From: Malacoraja senta
Taxonomy: Eukaryota
Length of the DNA: 64,000 nt
Direction of reading: 5' to 3'
NCBI GenBank assembly: GCA_038087875.1
Contig: CM075978.1
Span: 174,840,001-174,904,000, forward strand
The translations under genes were made by a program, and so were the position numbers. Under the pieces are notes generated by a model that was given only the letters and a program-made list of their open reading frames with translations, had not been told where the DNA came from and made no database searches. Below, in pieces: positions 12,601-25,649 of the stretch (the first letter of the stretch is position 1; each line of letters starts with the position of its first letter).

Positions 12601-14483
12601 CAGTGTCATTAAAAAACACACTCACAATTATATTCCTCATATTATTTTTATATAATATAATTATACTTAATTATATATGATTACAGTCATATTTACAAGT
12701 TATATATATATATATAGGCATAATAATATATAGTTTAAATGGACTGCAACACGGAAATAGGCTGCCTATGGTGTAATATGGGCATTGGCCACTAGATGGC
12801 GCTTACTTTCCCGATCTCATTTTCTAATTAGTTTAATTAATTAATGTGCAACTTTTGGCACTGACGAGTTATGACATCCTTCTCAATTACATTTCATCTA
12901 AATCTGTGGAAAATATCATGTAGTTCTGTGACGTGGGTCATGAAAACCGATTTCTAGACACATTTTTGATGCTCGGCCCATAGCCTACTAGCACAATGTG
13001 TCTTTTTTATAAAGCAGCATTTGCTTCTAGCCATAGCCGATTAGGCGGAAACGGAACCAGATAACGTTTTAAGTCCCACATCTTTCATTGCACTAGGAAA
13101 GAGTGTTTCTATCGATGGAGGATAAGCTGGAGGACTAGTACAAAGAACAAAGGGAAACAACTCTGATAGAATAAACCCGTCTTTAAGGTTGCGGTTAGCA
13201 TCAGTTATGCGTCTTTGTCTATGAAGCATGTTGCTAATAATGAGGCTCTGAGACGTATCCAGTAGGCTATGGCATACCAAAAGAGAATGAAAAGTGATGA
13301 GAGGCAGAAATGGGCATTTATGATACACACTGAACTAAAGTCTCAATTACTTGTTGAAGAGGTCTGCAATATGCTTAGATGATTGAGCGTTCTTATAACA
13401 GTTTCATTTGGATTTGGATGGGGAAACAGAATAGTCAGTGGGAGAGGGACGCAACCGGATGCTCAGGGTTTCTCTGAAAAGTCATCAGACAATCTAGTTT
13501 CTGTTCTCCAATGCAGAGGAGACCGATTAGGCTGGTTCAGGAGCAGGACCTCTGCGACAGTGTCATTAAAAAACACACTCACAATTATATTCCTCATATT
13601 ATTTTTATATAATATAATTATACTTAATTATATATGATTACAGTCATATTTACAAGTTATATATATATATATAGGCATAATAATATATAGTTTAAATGGA
13701 CTGCAACACGGAAATAGGCTGCCTATGGTGTAATATGGGCATTGGCCACTAGATGGCGCTTACTTTCCCGATCTCATTTTCTAATTAGTTTAATTAATTA
13801 ATGTGCAACTTTTGGCACTGACGAGTTATGACATCCTTCTCAATTACATTTCATCTAAATCTGTGGAAAATATCATGTAGTTCTGTGACGTGGGTCATGA
13901 AAACCGATTTCTAGACACATTTTTGATGCTCGGCCCATAGCCTACTAGCACAATGTGTCTTTTTTATAAAGCAGCATTTGCTTCTAGCCATAGCCGATTA
14001 GGCGGAAACGGAACCAGATAACGTTTTAAGTCCCACATCTTTCATTGCACTAGGAAAGAGTGTTTCTATCGATGGAGGATAAGCTGGAGGACTAGTACAA
14101 AGAACAAAGGGAAACAACTCTGATAGAATAAACCCGTCTTTAAGGTTGCGGTTAGCATCAGTTATGCGTCTTTGTCTATGAAGCATGTTGCTAATAATGA
14201 GGCTCTGAGACGTATCCAGTAGGCTATGGCATACCAAAAGAGAATGAAAAGTGATGAGAGGCAGAAATGGGCATTTATGATACACACTGAACTAAAGTCT
14301 CAATTACTTGTTGAAGAGGTCTGCAATATGCTTTGATGATTGAGCGTTCTTATAACAGTTTCATTTGGATTTGGATGGGGAAACAGAATAGTCAGTGGGA
14401 GAGGGACGCAACCGGATGCTCAGGGTTTCTCTGAAAAGTCATCAGACAATCTAGTTTCTGTTCTCCAATGCAGAGGAGACCGA
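12568..14483. repeat. Near-identical 957-bp tandem duplication (2 copies)
   Basis: Identical ORFs at 13041-13328 and 13998-14285 (offset 957). The unit starts attaggctggttcaggagcagg and ends gaggagaccgatt. Confidence 0.95.
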
Positions 14484-14647
14484 TTTATGAACACCGAATA
14501 ATAATATCAAATGAGAGGAAGTACAAATAAATCGCTGCTTAACATGGAAAAAATATCGCAGTCTCTGTATGTTGGGGAAATTATTTGTTCCTCCTATGGT
14601 ATAAATGCTATAGAACGGGTCTATTTAGGTGAATGTGATTGAGCAGA

Positions 14648-14803
14648 CCTTGGATTCACGAAGAAGGTAATCATTTCAAAACATTGAAACGTAGAGGAAG
14701 ACATCTCCGGTTTACGAGGATTTTGCCAGGACCTTGGATTCACGAAGAAGGTAATCATTGCAAAACACTGAAACGTAGAGGAACACATCCCTGATTTACG
14801 AGG
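14648..14803. repeat. Two ~82-bp tandem units
   Basis: gaccttggattcacgaagaaggtaatcatt.caaaaca.tgaaacgtagaggaa occurs twice. Confidence 0.85.
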
Positions 14804-16194
14804 ATGTTGCTATGACTAGAGGGTGTAGGCTATAGGGAGAGGTTGAACAGATTGCATGGTCGGAAATCCGGGTGGGGGGGGGAGGGGGGGGGTGGGGGCG
14901 ACGACGACGACACAGGGGGACATGTTCCCTCCATGTTTTGAGAAATGGGGGACAATCCCCCCCATGTTTTGTGAAACATGTATTTTGCAATCAGTTCCAT
15001 CCGACCGCGCGCTGAGGAGTCGCGGCCGCATGCATGGTCAGCTGGCTCAGACACTGAAAATAATTAAATGTCATCCTTTTGTAAAGATAAACGCTCATCC
15101 ATTCCTCGTACAATACACAAAATAGATTGCAGCAAAAGCAAAACCGCCTTGGAATTTTACATTTTTATAAAGCTCTCGGTTTAATGAGTACTGAATTTCC
15201 TCGTATGTTGCAAAACATACTTGGCGAATAAAATCTGATTCTGATTCTGATTCTGATTCTGCAGAACGATTGGAGTATCACTTCATTGTGAGACAAAAAC
15301 GATGTGTTAACTGTCGTATTAACACAGTTATTTCGATGTATCACCAACCAACACGTCGATATGCATTCCTCAGTAAATATAATTGTGTTTTGACCTTCAA
15401 GTATTATTGACGCGTTCCTTTGAATAAAATTAACGGGGAATTTCTTAAAACTATTTGATGCGGGTATAATTACCATTTGAACTTTGGAGGCAGACAAAAA
15501 ATGCTGGAGGATCACAGCGGGTGAGGCAGCATCTATGTAGAGAAGGAATAGGCGACGTTTCGGGTCTCGCCCCTTCTTCAGACCCTTTGCGAACTTTGGA
15601 TGTATTGATGTATGGGAAAGATTTAAACGGGTATCGGAGGGTCATTAAGGGATCCGGCGGTCGAGCTGGTGTGCACGTATAGCCCCTCATTCACCCACGT
15701 TATTTAGTAATTTTTACCCATTATTGAGGTTTGTTATATGAATTTATACAAATTAAGTATGTTCATGTTTATGTTTGTGAATTTATCAAAAGTTTATTTA
15801 TGTATGTTTTGTTAGTTTGTGAGAAGTTTATGTAAGTTGTCCCCCCCCCCCCCCTCTCTCTCTCTCCTCCAAGATTAGTTCTTCTGTTTCCCTTTATTTG
15901 CTTCAGTTTTATTTAGTGTTATTTATCACGTTGTAGCTTTTGAAAGATTTAAACGGGCATCGGACCGTTCGGACGGTCATTAAGGGCTCACGACCGCGAG
16001 CACGGGATTCCTGGCGTGCAGGTACAGTCCCTCATTCACCCATATTATTTAGTAATTTTTACCCATCATTTAGGGAAAATGATGCGTAAAATGGGCACAC
16101 TGGTCATCGGGCCGCCAGGCAATTGAGTCCCCCCCCCCTCCCCCCCATGTTTTAAAAGTGATTTCTGCCCTTGGCAGGATGAGTAGTCTGGGTC

Positions 16195-17225
16195 TCTATT
16201 CCATGGAGCGCAGACGATGAGGGGAGATCTTATAGATGTATACAAAAACATGAGAGGAATAGATCGGGTGGATGCACAGAGGTCTTCTGCCCGGAGCAGG
16301 GGAATCGAGGACCAGAGGACTTTGGTTCAAGGTGAAGGGGAAAATATTTAATAGGATATGAGGGGTAACTTTTTCCACACAAAGGGTGGTGGGTGTATGG
16401 AACATGCTGCCAGGGGAGGTAGTTGAGGCTGGGACCATCTCGTCGTTTAAGAATCAGTTAGACAGGTACATGGATAAGACAGGTTTGGAGGGATATGGAT
16501 GAAGTGCAGGCAAGTGGGACTAGTGAGCTGGGACATTTTGGCCGGTGTGGGCGAGTGGGCGAAGGGGCCTGTTTCCACAATGTTTCACGCTATGACTTAT
16601 GGTGGGAGATCTTATTAGCGCTTCTATTAATTACTTTGTGTGACCCTTTGGAGGTGGAGACTGGTGGGGTTGAAAGTAACGATTAGTTCAGGAACTAGAT
16701 GAGTTTCAAGCAAAGGTTCCATCTACTCTTGTGGGGGAGAAGCCACAGGACAGAAAGAATGAGACCCTTTCCGACATACCTGCGTGAATCGTTCCATTGT
16801 CAACCAATGTGTCATACTGTAGATTGGGAACTGATGGCATGGAATAGAAGCACTGCCAAGGGACGGAATAAGAATATCTTAACTCGTGACACCCGAGGAG
16901 AAATCATGAGATAAGTAGATAGGGTGAATGCACAAAATATTTTCCACCGGATTGAGCAATCAATAACTAAATGACATGGTTTTATGGTGAGAGGGGAAAT
17001 GTTTAATAAGAACCCGAATCTGAACTTTTTCACAGAGGGTGGTAGATATATGAAACGAGCTGTCAGATTAGGTAATTGAGGCATTTTTTTTCAGTCACTT
17101 AGCCAGGCACATGGTCGAATGGTTCTGTGGTATATTGGCCAACCGCGGGGAAATGGGGCCAGTTTACACGGGCATATAGGTGGCAAGGACGGGTTGGGCC
17201 TAAAGGCCTCTTTCCCTACTGTGTC
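16195..17225 (+). mobile_element. Two decayed CR1/L2 3-prime fragments
   Basis: aggggagatcttatagatgtatacaaa, aacttttt(c)cacac(a)gagggtgg and gggcctgtttcc tail motifs. Confidence 0.6.
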
Positions 17226-17830
17226 ACTCTATATCTCCACATTATTTGTGGAGCTTTGGGAGTTTCAAACATAGCTTTGAGAGTTCATATTCTGCACGGA
17301 TTTTGCTCCTGCCTTATCCTCTGAGATGGACTCAGAGCAAACTAAAAGCGTAATGAAGAATCATAGATATTCCACGTGAAGATGAGAGCACAATGGAACA
17401 AAGCCCAAAACTGGCGAAAATGTGCACTTCTCTCCGGATGCAGCTATACGCACCCATGCAGCTGTCGATGTAACGACATTCAAGCACCGAGGATGCCAGT
17501 AGGAATGCAATAAAGATTTGCTCATGCCTCATATAGAAGGCAAGTATAGATTTGGCCCAAATCATTTGGCCCAAGTCATTGTTTCTCGGAAGAAGAACGA
17601 TATTGCAAGGAAGATAATTGCAGGGCGGCCCAGTCGTTTAGCTAGTAGAGCTGCTATCATACAGGGCCAGGGACTTGGGATCGATTCTGCCCTCGTTTTT
17701 GTCTGTGTGGGGTTTGCACATTCTCCATGTGATAACGCAGGTTCCTACCGAGTGCTCCAGTTTCTCCCCACATCTCAAAAGACGCTTATGCTTGTTGGTA
17801 AATGGATATTTGTAAATTTTCCCTAGTGGG

Positions 17831-19408
17831 TGTTTCTAAGTGATCCATCTTAAAGTCTGGAGTGAACCATTAGTCTTTTTTTAAGATCATACAGAGAACG
17901 TTACACACAGTTATGCTCATCACATCAGCTTACTTACTAACTGTAGTAGCATAACGACAGGCTGTCAAAAGTACAGTACATAGTCGGTGAATTTTCCAAT
18001 TTTCTGATTCGGCTTGCAAACACATCCTGCACGCATACGGTAGTATCCGTTTTCTTCCTTCACTGGAGATTGAACAGGAGAAGGTACTGGTCTTACCGGC
18101 GTCGCGGGCGAATGTGGGGTCAGTAGCGGCAGTGGCCGGAGCGGTGAGCTGGTTTTGTTTCTTCTGAGCACCTCTGCATTGCTGGAACTGGGATTGAACT
18201 GCTGCCGGCGCACGAACTTGTGGCTACAGCACCTGCTTGGCCATAGATAGAGTAGTAAGAGTCTGCCTTGACTGAGGCGCTGGGCAGGAGATCCCAGAAT
18301 CGGATCGCGGGAGATGTTTCGCAGTTTAAGCAAGTCGAGATAGACATCGGAGCCGGCCCTGTGTTGACTGTTCCATTAACTGTTTGGCGCTTCGTACCGC
18401 CACGTTTTGCCAGGCCGTTGGACTGCGGGAATTCGGGGCTGCTGGTAATGTGGCAAAAATCCCAGCGTTTACCGAAACCCCCGAAGAGTTGACTGGAGAA
18501 TTGACTGCCATTGTCAGAGAGCAGCTGGATCGGTGCCCCCGTGGACAGTGAAGTGGCGTGTAAGTTTCTGGATGACCATGGCGGAGGTTGGACGACTGAG
18601 CAAATCGATCTCCAAACCACCCAGAGTATGAATCGACTTGGACCAGGTACTGTTTGCCATGCCACTCGAAAATGTCAGTCGCAACTGTGGACCAGTGGTA
18701 AGTCCGTTGTGCGGTGTGAGAGAAGCAGTTGTTTGGACTGGTGTGGAGCTGGGTTGTTGCAAAACTGCGCAGGCTTCGACTTTCTCACGCACAAAATCGG
18801 CCATCCCAGGCCAGATGAACATGCTGTTTGCATGCTGGATGGTTGCGTCCACCCGGGATGGATCCTGTGGGACGGCCTCGAAATATTTGGCACGCCGAGG
18901 TGCCGGAATGACAGCCATGTGTCCTCACCACAATGTCGTCCTGGAGAACTAGTTCACAGCGAACCGGGTGAACGGGCGAATTGGGGGAGGCAGCTGGTAT
19001 TGTTTGTCTGGCCAACCGTGATGGATGACAGTGGAGAGCAACTGTAGCATTTTCGTCTGCAAACGTTGTGCTGCAAGGTCGTCTCAACACGCGGATGCCA
19101 GGTAAGAGACCATCATAACCACATACGCATCGTCGGCTGACAGGTGCGTCTCGCAGGTGCTGCGCAGTGCCCGTCCTTTCCGAGTTTTGTAAATCAGTTT
19201 TTATTCATACCTTTGTAGTTGGAGACGTGGGTTCGTATCCCACTTCTGACACCATGTGGTGAAAGTGGTCAATTACAAAGTCTGGAGTGAACCATTAGTC
19301 TTTTATTGAGATCATAGAGAGAGAAGGTTAAACACAGCTGTGCTCATCACATCAGCTTACTATTAATTGCAGTAGCATAACGACAAGCTGTCAAAAGTAC
19401 AGTACCCA
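17831..19408 (-). mobile_element. Internally deleted Gypsy-type LTR retrotransposon with both LTRs
   Basis: Direct ~150-bp repeats at 17831-17980 and 19255-19408. PBS TGGTGTCAGAAGTGGGAT lies at 19237-19254 (minus). Integrase remnants: FIWPGM..VEAC, LLSDNGSQFSS, HITSSPEFPQSNGLA, LGSPAQRL. Confidence 0.88.
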
Positions 19409-19472
19409 TGATGCCCAAAACCCGGACTGCATTATATGTGGAATGTGTGACATGCATAATATGTGTAATGGA

Positions 19473-19672
19473 NNNNNNNNNNNNNNNNNNNNNNNNNNNN
19501 NNNNNNNNNNNNNNNNNNNNNNNNNNNNNNNNNNNNNNNNNNNNNNNNNNNNNNNNNNNNNNNNNNNNNNNNNNNNNNNNNNNNNNNNNNNNNNNNNNNN
19601 NNNNNNNNNNNNNNNNNNNNNNNNNNNNNNNNNNNNNNNNNNNNNNNNNNNNNNNNNNNNNNNNNNNNNNNN
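19473..19672. other. Assembly gap (200 N)
   Basis: Run of N. Confidence 1.
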
Positions 19673-19674
19673 AT

Positions 19675-20330
19675 TTCTCCACCCACTTCTATCGATGATC
19701 TATAACTCTCTGTATCTTCCGACAGCCCTCCTTGCTGTCTGCAACTCCTCCTGTTCTGTTGTTCAGCAAATTTACTCAACAACCCATCTAGATTTATGTC
19801 TACGTCATTTATATATATCACAGATAACAGAGGTCCCTGTGAAATTCCACTGATCGCAGACTTTCAGGCAGATCTTCCTTCGACAAACCTTTGTCGCTCT
19901 GAAGAAGCCAGTTCTGAATTCATATCACCAAGTTACAGTGGATCCTGTATATCTTGATCTTGATCTTTTGGATTAAGATCAAGATATATCATGGGGGACT
20001 ATCTCAAGCCTTCCTAAGATTCGAGTTTGCAGCAGCTACTGCTCTGCCCTCATCAATCTCCTTTGTCATCTGTTCAGAAAACTCAATTACATCAGTAAAA
20101 ACGTGTTAGGCCGTGCTGGCTATCGCTATTCGTTCATTCCCTCCCCAATGTCAGTAGATCCTCTCTTGAAGAAGTCTTTTCAATCGGTTCCCAACCACTA
20201 ACGTGTGGTCAACCGACCTATATTTAGATCTAACTGGTTGAGACTTGGATTCCCTCTACTTCCCTCCTTAAACAAAGGAACAACATGGCCACTCTCCAGT
20301 ACTCCGGAAATCTCGCCCGTGGCTGGACAA
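19675..20330 (-). mobile_element. Decayed CR1 RT fragment
   Basis: IYINDVDINLDGLLSKFA (RT YxDD region), and upstream tgggaaccgattgaaaag..ggccgg RT motifs. Confidence 0.65.
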
Positions 20331-20595
20331 GAAACGGTAAAGGTACAATGAAAATATTCCTTTCACCACACCTGGTGTAAACAATATATATGATATCTAT
20401 AATAAATGCGAACTCCTGTAAACGCATTTTGTATTGTTCTTTATGTCCCCCTTTGTGTAGTGTACTGGGAACTTCACGGATTGGGCATACGTTCAAACAG
20501 AATAAGACGTGGTCCTTATTAAAACGGCTTGGTTTCAACAAAGGCACAATCCTGTCTCTAATTTCACAAATGGAATAGTCATATATTAGCCTTAC

Positions 20596-20639
20596 CCAAC
20601 TTTGTGTCCGATTTGTATTTACTGTACGCTTCTTTGCAC
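20596..20639 (-). CDS. Gene B short cytoplasmic exon (GAKKRTVNTNRTQSW)
   Basis: Acceptor ttatttttccgagcag|, donor TGG|gtaagg. Its phase-1 start matches the TM exon, and it supplies basic residues after the TM. A possible final VW* micro-exon lies at 20363-20371 (weak). Confidence 0.6.
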
Positions 20640-20814
20640 CTGCTCGGAAAAATAAAATAGTGATAAATGGCCGTGCGACATGGTGTTTTTTAGTACGCAA
20701 AGAACGTAATATCACGTAATAATTGCACGATAGTTTCACTATATACGGCTTCACTACATATGTATGAAGGCTTAAACCACGTTTTTTGTGCCACGCTTTT
20801 TCCAAAATGTTGGA

Positions 20815-21100
20815 CGACACAGTGGTGCAGCAGGTAAATGCGGAGTTTGAGGCATGTTCTCCCTGTGACCACGTGGGTTTCATCCGTTGCTCCAGTATAC
20901 TCCCACATCCCAAGAAGTGCAGATTTGTGGGTTATTTGACCTCTGTGAATGCCCCCACTGTGAATTGAGTGGATGCGAGTAGGTTGATTAATGTGATTAA
21001 CGTGAATTGAGTAGGTTAACGTAGAGCTAGTGTGAACGGATGATCGATGGCCGGCGTGGAATCGATGGGTTAAAAGGCCTGTTTCTCTGCTGTATCTTTC
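20815..21100 (+). mobile_element. HE1-like SINE
   Basis: ttctccctgtgaccacgtgggtttcatcc..ctcccacatcccaag..ggcctgtttctctgctgtatc. Confidence 0.55.
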
Positions 21101-21414
21101 AACCAATGGAACACATTTTTATCACAAAATTCACAGATGTTTAGATCTTGACCAATAGGTACAATTAAATGCTGGCTGCTATGTGATGATGTGTCGAAAT
21201 AAATCATAGAATTCAAAATATGTGATCATCAACCATTAGTCACATGCAAAATTGAATATCTTCGTTAAGTCGGTGCTGTTTATTATAATCATAATTTTTG
21301 CCCGCGCAAATGTTTCATTTCCTTTATTATCAAGAGAATCGTGTAATTACCGATACTATTATATTATAATATTATACTGGGATGATAATGTTTAAAAATG
21401 GATGAGAAACATAC

Positions 21415-21516
21415 CTTTATATATAATTGTCATCACGATGATAACGATGAACATTAAAATTAATACTGCACCTCGGATACTTCCAGCGATTAGAGAAGCT
21501 GATAAACCATCGACAG
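21415..21516 (-). CDS. Gene B transmembrane exon with Arg (AVDGLSASLIAGSIRGAVLILMFIVIIVMTIIYKG)
   Basis: Acceptor cctcccacag|, donor AAAG|gtatgt, 102 bp, phase 1-1. Not in the ORF track; translated by hand from the reverse complement. Confidence 0.82.
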
Positions 21517-21894
21517 CTGTGGGAGGTTACACCGATGACCAAATGGTTATATTTAATTAAGTTATTTCAAAGTAGACTTTACGGAAAACAAAGCAAGATA
21601 TTTCAAATGTTCACTCAATGGATTTCACCAGAACTGCGTGGAATGCGGCAAAGAGCCGGCAATTTCGATTTACGGCGCGATTACGAGTGAAATATGTAGA
21701 TCTTAGGTGAACATTGTGGGATATTAACCGTTAGGAAACACAAAATTGTGGAACATAATACATTAATTTGGATATATTCTGTTCACCAAATCTTGAAGGA
21801 GATGTTAATGTTACTGACGCTGGTCAGGAGTGAATCATTACAGACGTCTTCTCCCCACCTACAGTCCCCAACTAATGCAAGAGCCAACAAGTTA

Positions 21895-22860
21895 GTTCTC
21901 ATAGATAGATTGAAAATGCTGGCGTAACTTAGCGGGTCAGGCAGCATCTTTGGAGAAAATGGAGAGGTGACGTTTTGTGTCGGGACTATTCTTCAGACTG
22001 ATTGTGGGGTCGGGGGGGGGGGGGGGGGTGGGGGCGGAAGCAAGAAAAAAACAGGATAAATCGGGACTAGCACGATATGGCCCCACGCAGGGAGGTTCCC
22101 TGATAGGCCGACGTTATCCCAAGAGGGATATATTGTTGCGAACTGTGGGACTGGAAAATCGATATTTAGAGGAGGAAGGGGGCAAATGGGAGGGTGCGGG
22201 GGGGGGGGGGCGGATGGGGGCGCTGGCTTGTATGCTATACAAGTGAAATGTGAGGTGCTGTTCGTCGAATTTGCTTTCGCCACTCTGTGCAAGGCAGGTC
22301 CTCGGACAGAAAGGTCAGTGTAGGAATGAAAAGGCGAATTAAAATACTTAGCTACTGGGAAATCCAGTAGTCGGAGCATGCTCAGCTAAATGGCCGCAGA
22401 ATCTACACCTCTTCACACTATTGTACAGGACCCCGCATCCAGACCATCGGATGCAGTAGATAAGATTAGAGAAGGTGCATGTGAACTACTGTCCAAACTG
22501 GAAAGAATGTCGGAGTCCGTGCATAGAGGCGAGGAAGGAGGTACAGGGACAGGTGTTACATCTCCTGCAGTTGTAGAGAAGAGTACATCGGGTTGGGGTG
22601 GTGTGGGTTTAAAGGGATGAATGAACCATAGTTGTGGAGGAACAGTCTGCAAAAGGCGGAAAAGCATGGAGATGTAAATATGTAATTAATAATGGGATCA
22701 GGTTGGACGCGACGAAAATATTCGAAGATGATGTTTAGGATTGCGGTGGCTGGTGGGGTGAACGGAGAGAGAGAGAGAGAGAAAGGAAGCATAGAGCGGT
22801 ATCAGAGATAATCCAGGTGAATTTGAGGGCAGGGTGGAAATTAGTGGTGAAGTTGATTTC
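21895..22860 (-). mobile_element. Penelope-like fragment
   Basis: Same terminus and GIY-YIG region (FNSPFHSYTDLSV) as the 6190-7410 copy. Confidence 0.7.
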
Positions 22861-23189
22861 TACACGGGTGTAGGATGTAGCGCTAATTGTCGAGGACTGG
22901 CCGTTCTGTATCGCAAAGGAGGTCGGGGGGGGGGGGGTGGTGAAAACACGACAGGGGTGAGGGCTGGAGTCAGGGGCGAGAAGAGGTGCAGAATCAGGCT
23001 CGGGCGTGGGGGCCAGAGGGCTTCAGAGAGGAGGGGTTGGGAGGAGCAGTGCGTGGGCGGGCGGGGGAGGGTTATTAAGGTCATAAGGAATAGTAGAATT
23101 AGGCAATTCGGCCCATCATGTCTACTCCGCCATTAAAACATGGCTGATCTATCTCTCCCTCCTAACCCCATTCTCCTGCCTTCTGCCCA

Positions 23190-23850
23190 TGACGTCTGAC
23201 ATCTGTAGTAGGAGTAGAGTGGTAAAGATAATTTTCTCTACGAACAATCTCCTGTGTCTAGAGGAATTTGTCCTCACCTTCAACATCTTCTCTTTTGACT
23301 CCTCTCACTTTCTCCAAGTTAAAGTTGCAGCTGGACACTCACATCAGCCACAGCTACTGGTTACCATTTTGTTGATTACATGGTGCTGTGCTTGTTCAAA
23401 ACATGCGCTGTCGTTACCCCCGAACTCTTTCTCGAATACATCGACAACTACGCTGGAGCTACTTCCTGCACTCGAGCAGAACATATGGCCTTTATTAATG
23501 ACACTACTAACTTCCACCCTGCTCTCATACTTTCGTGAACGTGACCCTCCCCCCCCTCCCCCCCTTCCCCCCTTCCCCCCACCATCCCTCCTCCCACCCC
23601 CACCCACCTCCCATAATCTTATCTACTGCATCCAGTGTTCCTGATGCGAGCTACCGTACAATAACGAGACAAAGGTAGATTCTGCGACCGTTTAGCTGAA
23701 AACACGCACGAGGTCCGCCAAGGCCTATTGGATTTCCCGGTTGCTAACTATTTAGAATCCCTATCCCATTCGCACACCGACCTTTCTGTTCTGGGCATCC
23801 TGCGTTACCAGAGTGAGGCCACAGACAAACTGGAGGAGTAGTACTTCATA
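23190..23850 (+). mobile_element. Penelope-like fragment
   Basis: NLIYCIQCS..ETK..CDR.AE motif and RT-thumb remnant aacttccaccctgctctc. Confidence 0.7.
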
Positions 23851-24424
23851 TTTCGGTATTTGCGCAGATTATTTTTAGGTAGTCTCTGTGCCTGAGTTGC
23901 AATTAGTTACGAATTTCAGCCATGAACGAACAAAAAGAAAACCTTCACCGAGTTAATGGTGCAGCAATAGTACTTATCGATTCACAGCTCCAGGTATCCC
24001 AGCTCAGGCCTGGCTTCGGGAACTGTCTGCAAGGACATTGCACATTCTCTGAGATTTTACCAAGGAACTGCTTGGTGAGTTAATTGATTATTTTTATATT
24101 ATTCCTCGGGAAGGTGTGATGTTTGAGGGGGCATCAGAGTGGACTTGTAGATCACTTGAAAGGGAACGAGCTACAGGTGCGCGATCGATTGCGGGAACGG
24201 TATTGATGGAATCTTCTGGGAGGCAACATAGACTGGATGGACTGTACAGCGTCCGTCTACGCTGGCAGAAAATAGGAAAATTGCACAAGTTGTAGGAAAA
24301 TAAATTTGCTGCAGAAAATACGGTCTTAAAAATCCTCACATTTTATTTTTACTATTAATATTATTATTCAGTGGACTATCCATTATACTATGTTATATTC
24401 ATTATATCCATTATACTACGTTAC

Positions 24425-24727
24425 CTTCATGAGGAACCGTGTAGTTGGCTGTTGCTGGAGTTAGCATAGAACGGTGAATAATTTTACATGTGTAAACGGT
24501 TCCTTCTTTGACTGCCCGTTTCTCCTTTAAAGAGCTGATAACTTCATACAATCCGTCTGCCGTTGAATTTTGTTCATGCCGAAATCCAGATTGGATGACG
24601 GAACCATTTCTATGCCAGGTGAGATTAAATTCTTTCGGGTGAAACGCAGCCGTTCTGCACTGGATTTTCAGGAAATGAGTCGCAGCATTTCTAGATCGAA
24701 CAGATACAATCTTCAGAGGAGAAGGGA
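24425..24727 (-). CDS. Gene B Ig C1-set exon, open frame but acceptor is TG instead of AG
   Basis: Hand translation without stops: VPSPLKIV..KIQCRTAAFHPKEFNLTWHRNG..DGLYEVISSL..VYTCKIIH..NYTVPHE. Donor GAAG|gtaacg. A long pyrimidine tract ends ccttgctg| at the position homologous to the gene A acceptor. Confidence 0.85.
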
Positions 24728-25477
24728 CAGCAAGGTAAAGAGAAATGGAATTAAAAGAAAGGGGAAAATTCGATTACATCATCCAACAGCATTTGTTCCA
24801 ACGCTACTTAATTCCATCATAATTTTTAAATCGGGAGCCCAGATGAAGGTGTTCTTCAACGCAATTGACCCCCCCCCACCCTCCTTCCCTTGACATGCAT
24901 TCCCTTGACATTTAATTTAAGAAAAGAGCACTAATTTGCACACTTGTTTCTTGTGCTAACATGCGCGAATCAACTTTCAAGTTTCAACTCTTCAAACGCA
25001 CAGTACTGTTGTGAATATTTCAACTTCCCAATATAATCAGTCATAAACAGTTGCAGACTTTGGCTTACAGAGAATGCTATCACTAAAATTTCTTGCTTTT
25101 CTAATTCGGCGCAAGAAATCTAATTTATATTTCAATTAATTTGTGCAAGTAAAAACCTCGCTCTTTCAATTCACAGGATTATATGTTGATAACATTATCA
25201 TTAGGAAAACATCAGGAGGATCCCCGCCTCGGCGTTCAGTGTCAAATTGAATCCGTTGTATTTATTCATCTTACACTCACTACCTTCAATATACTTCAAC
25301 TCAAATATCATTGCTGTCATGCCCTCTGACCTATATTTTCAAACGAATCAATCTAGAATAATTTCCCAACGTTTTGCACATTTGTATTCTGGATTAAAGA
25401 CTTTTGTGAAGCAAAATCCAAATTTGAGCTGCAACTAAAGTACCTAAGAAGGAACTGCAGATGCTGGATAATCGAAG

Positions 25478-25625
25478 GTATACAAAAGTGCTGGAGAAAC
25501 TCAGCAGATGCAGCAGCATCTATGGAGCGAAGGGAATAGGCAATGTTTCGGCCCGATACGTTGCCTATTTCCTTCACTCCATAGATGCTGCTGCACCCGC
25601 TGAGTTTCTCCAGCACTTTTGTCTA
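25478..25625. repeat. Penelope-terminus-derived inverted repeat (hairpin) 24 nt from the gene B V-exon donor
   Basis: ~72-bp arms: acaaaagtgctggagaaactcagc..taggcaa / ttgccta..gctgagtttctccagcactttt. Confidence 0.9.
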
Positions 25626-25649
25626 GCAACTAAAGTACCGTTCGCTCAC

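Noticed and set aside
13041-14285. Duplicated 95-aa ORF
   Set aside because: GTG start, no recognisable motif; repeated only because of the tandem duplication.
17452-17535. Leader-like stretch MRHEQIFIAFLLASSVLEC.. with a phase-1 GT (minus)
   Set aside because: No V exon found downstream in 10940-17450; donor only moderate.
20230-20913. 227-aa minus-strand ORF
   Set aside because: Spans SINE, intron and CR1 sequence. Only the 44-nt piece with splice sites is retained as a gene B exon.
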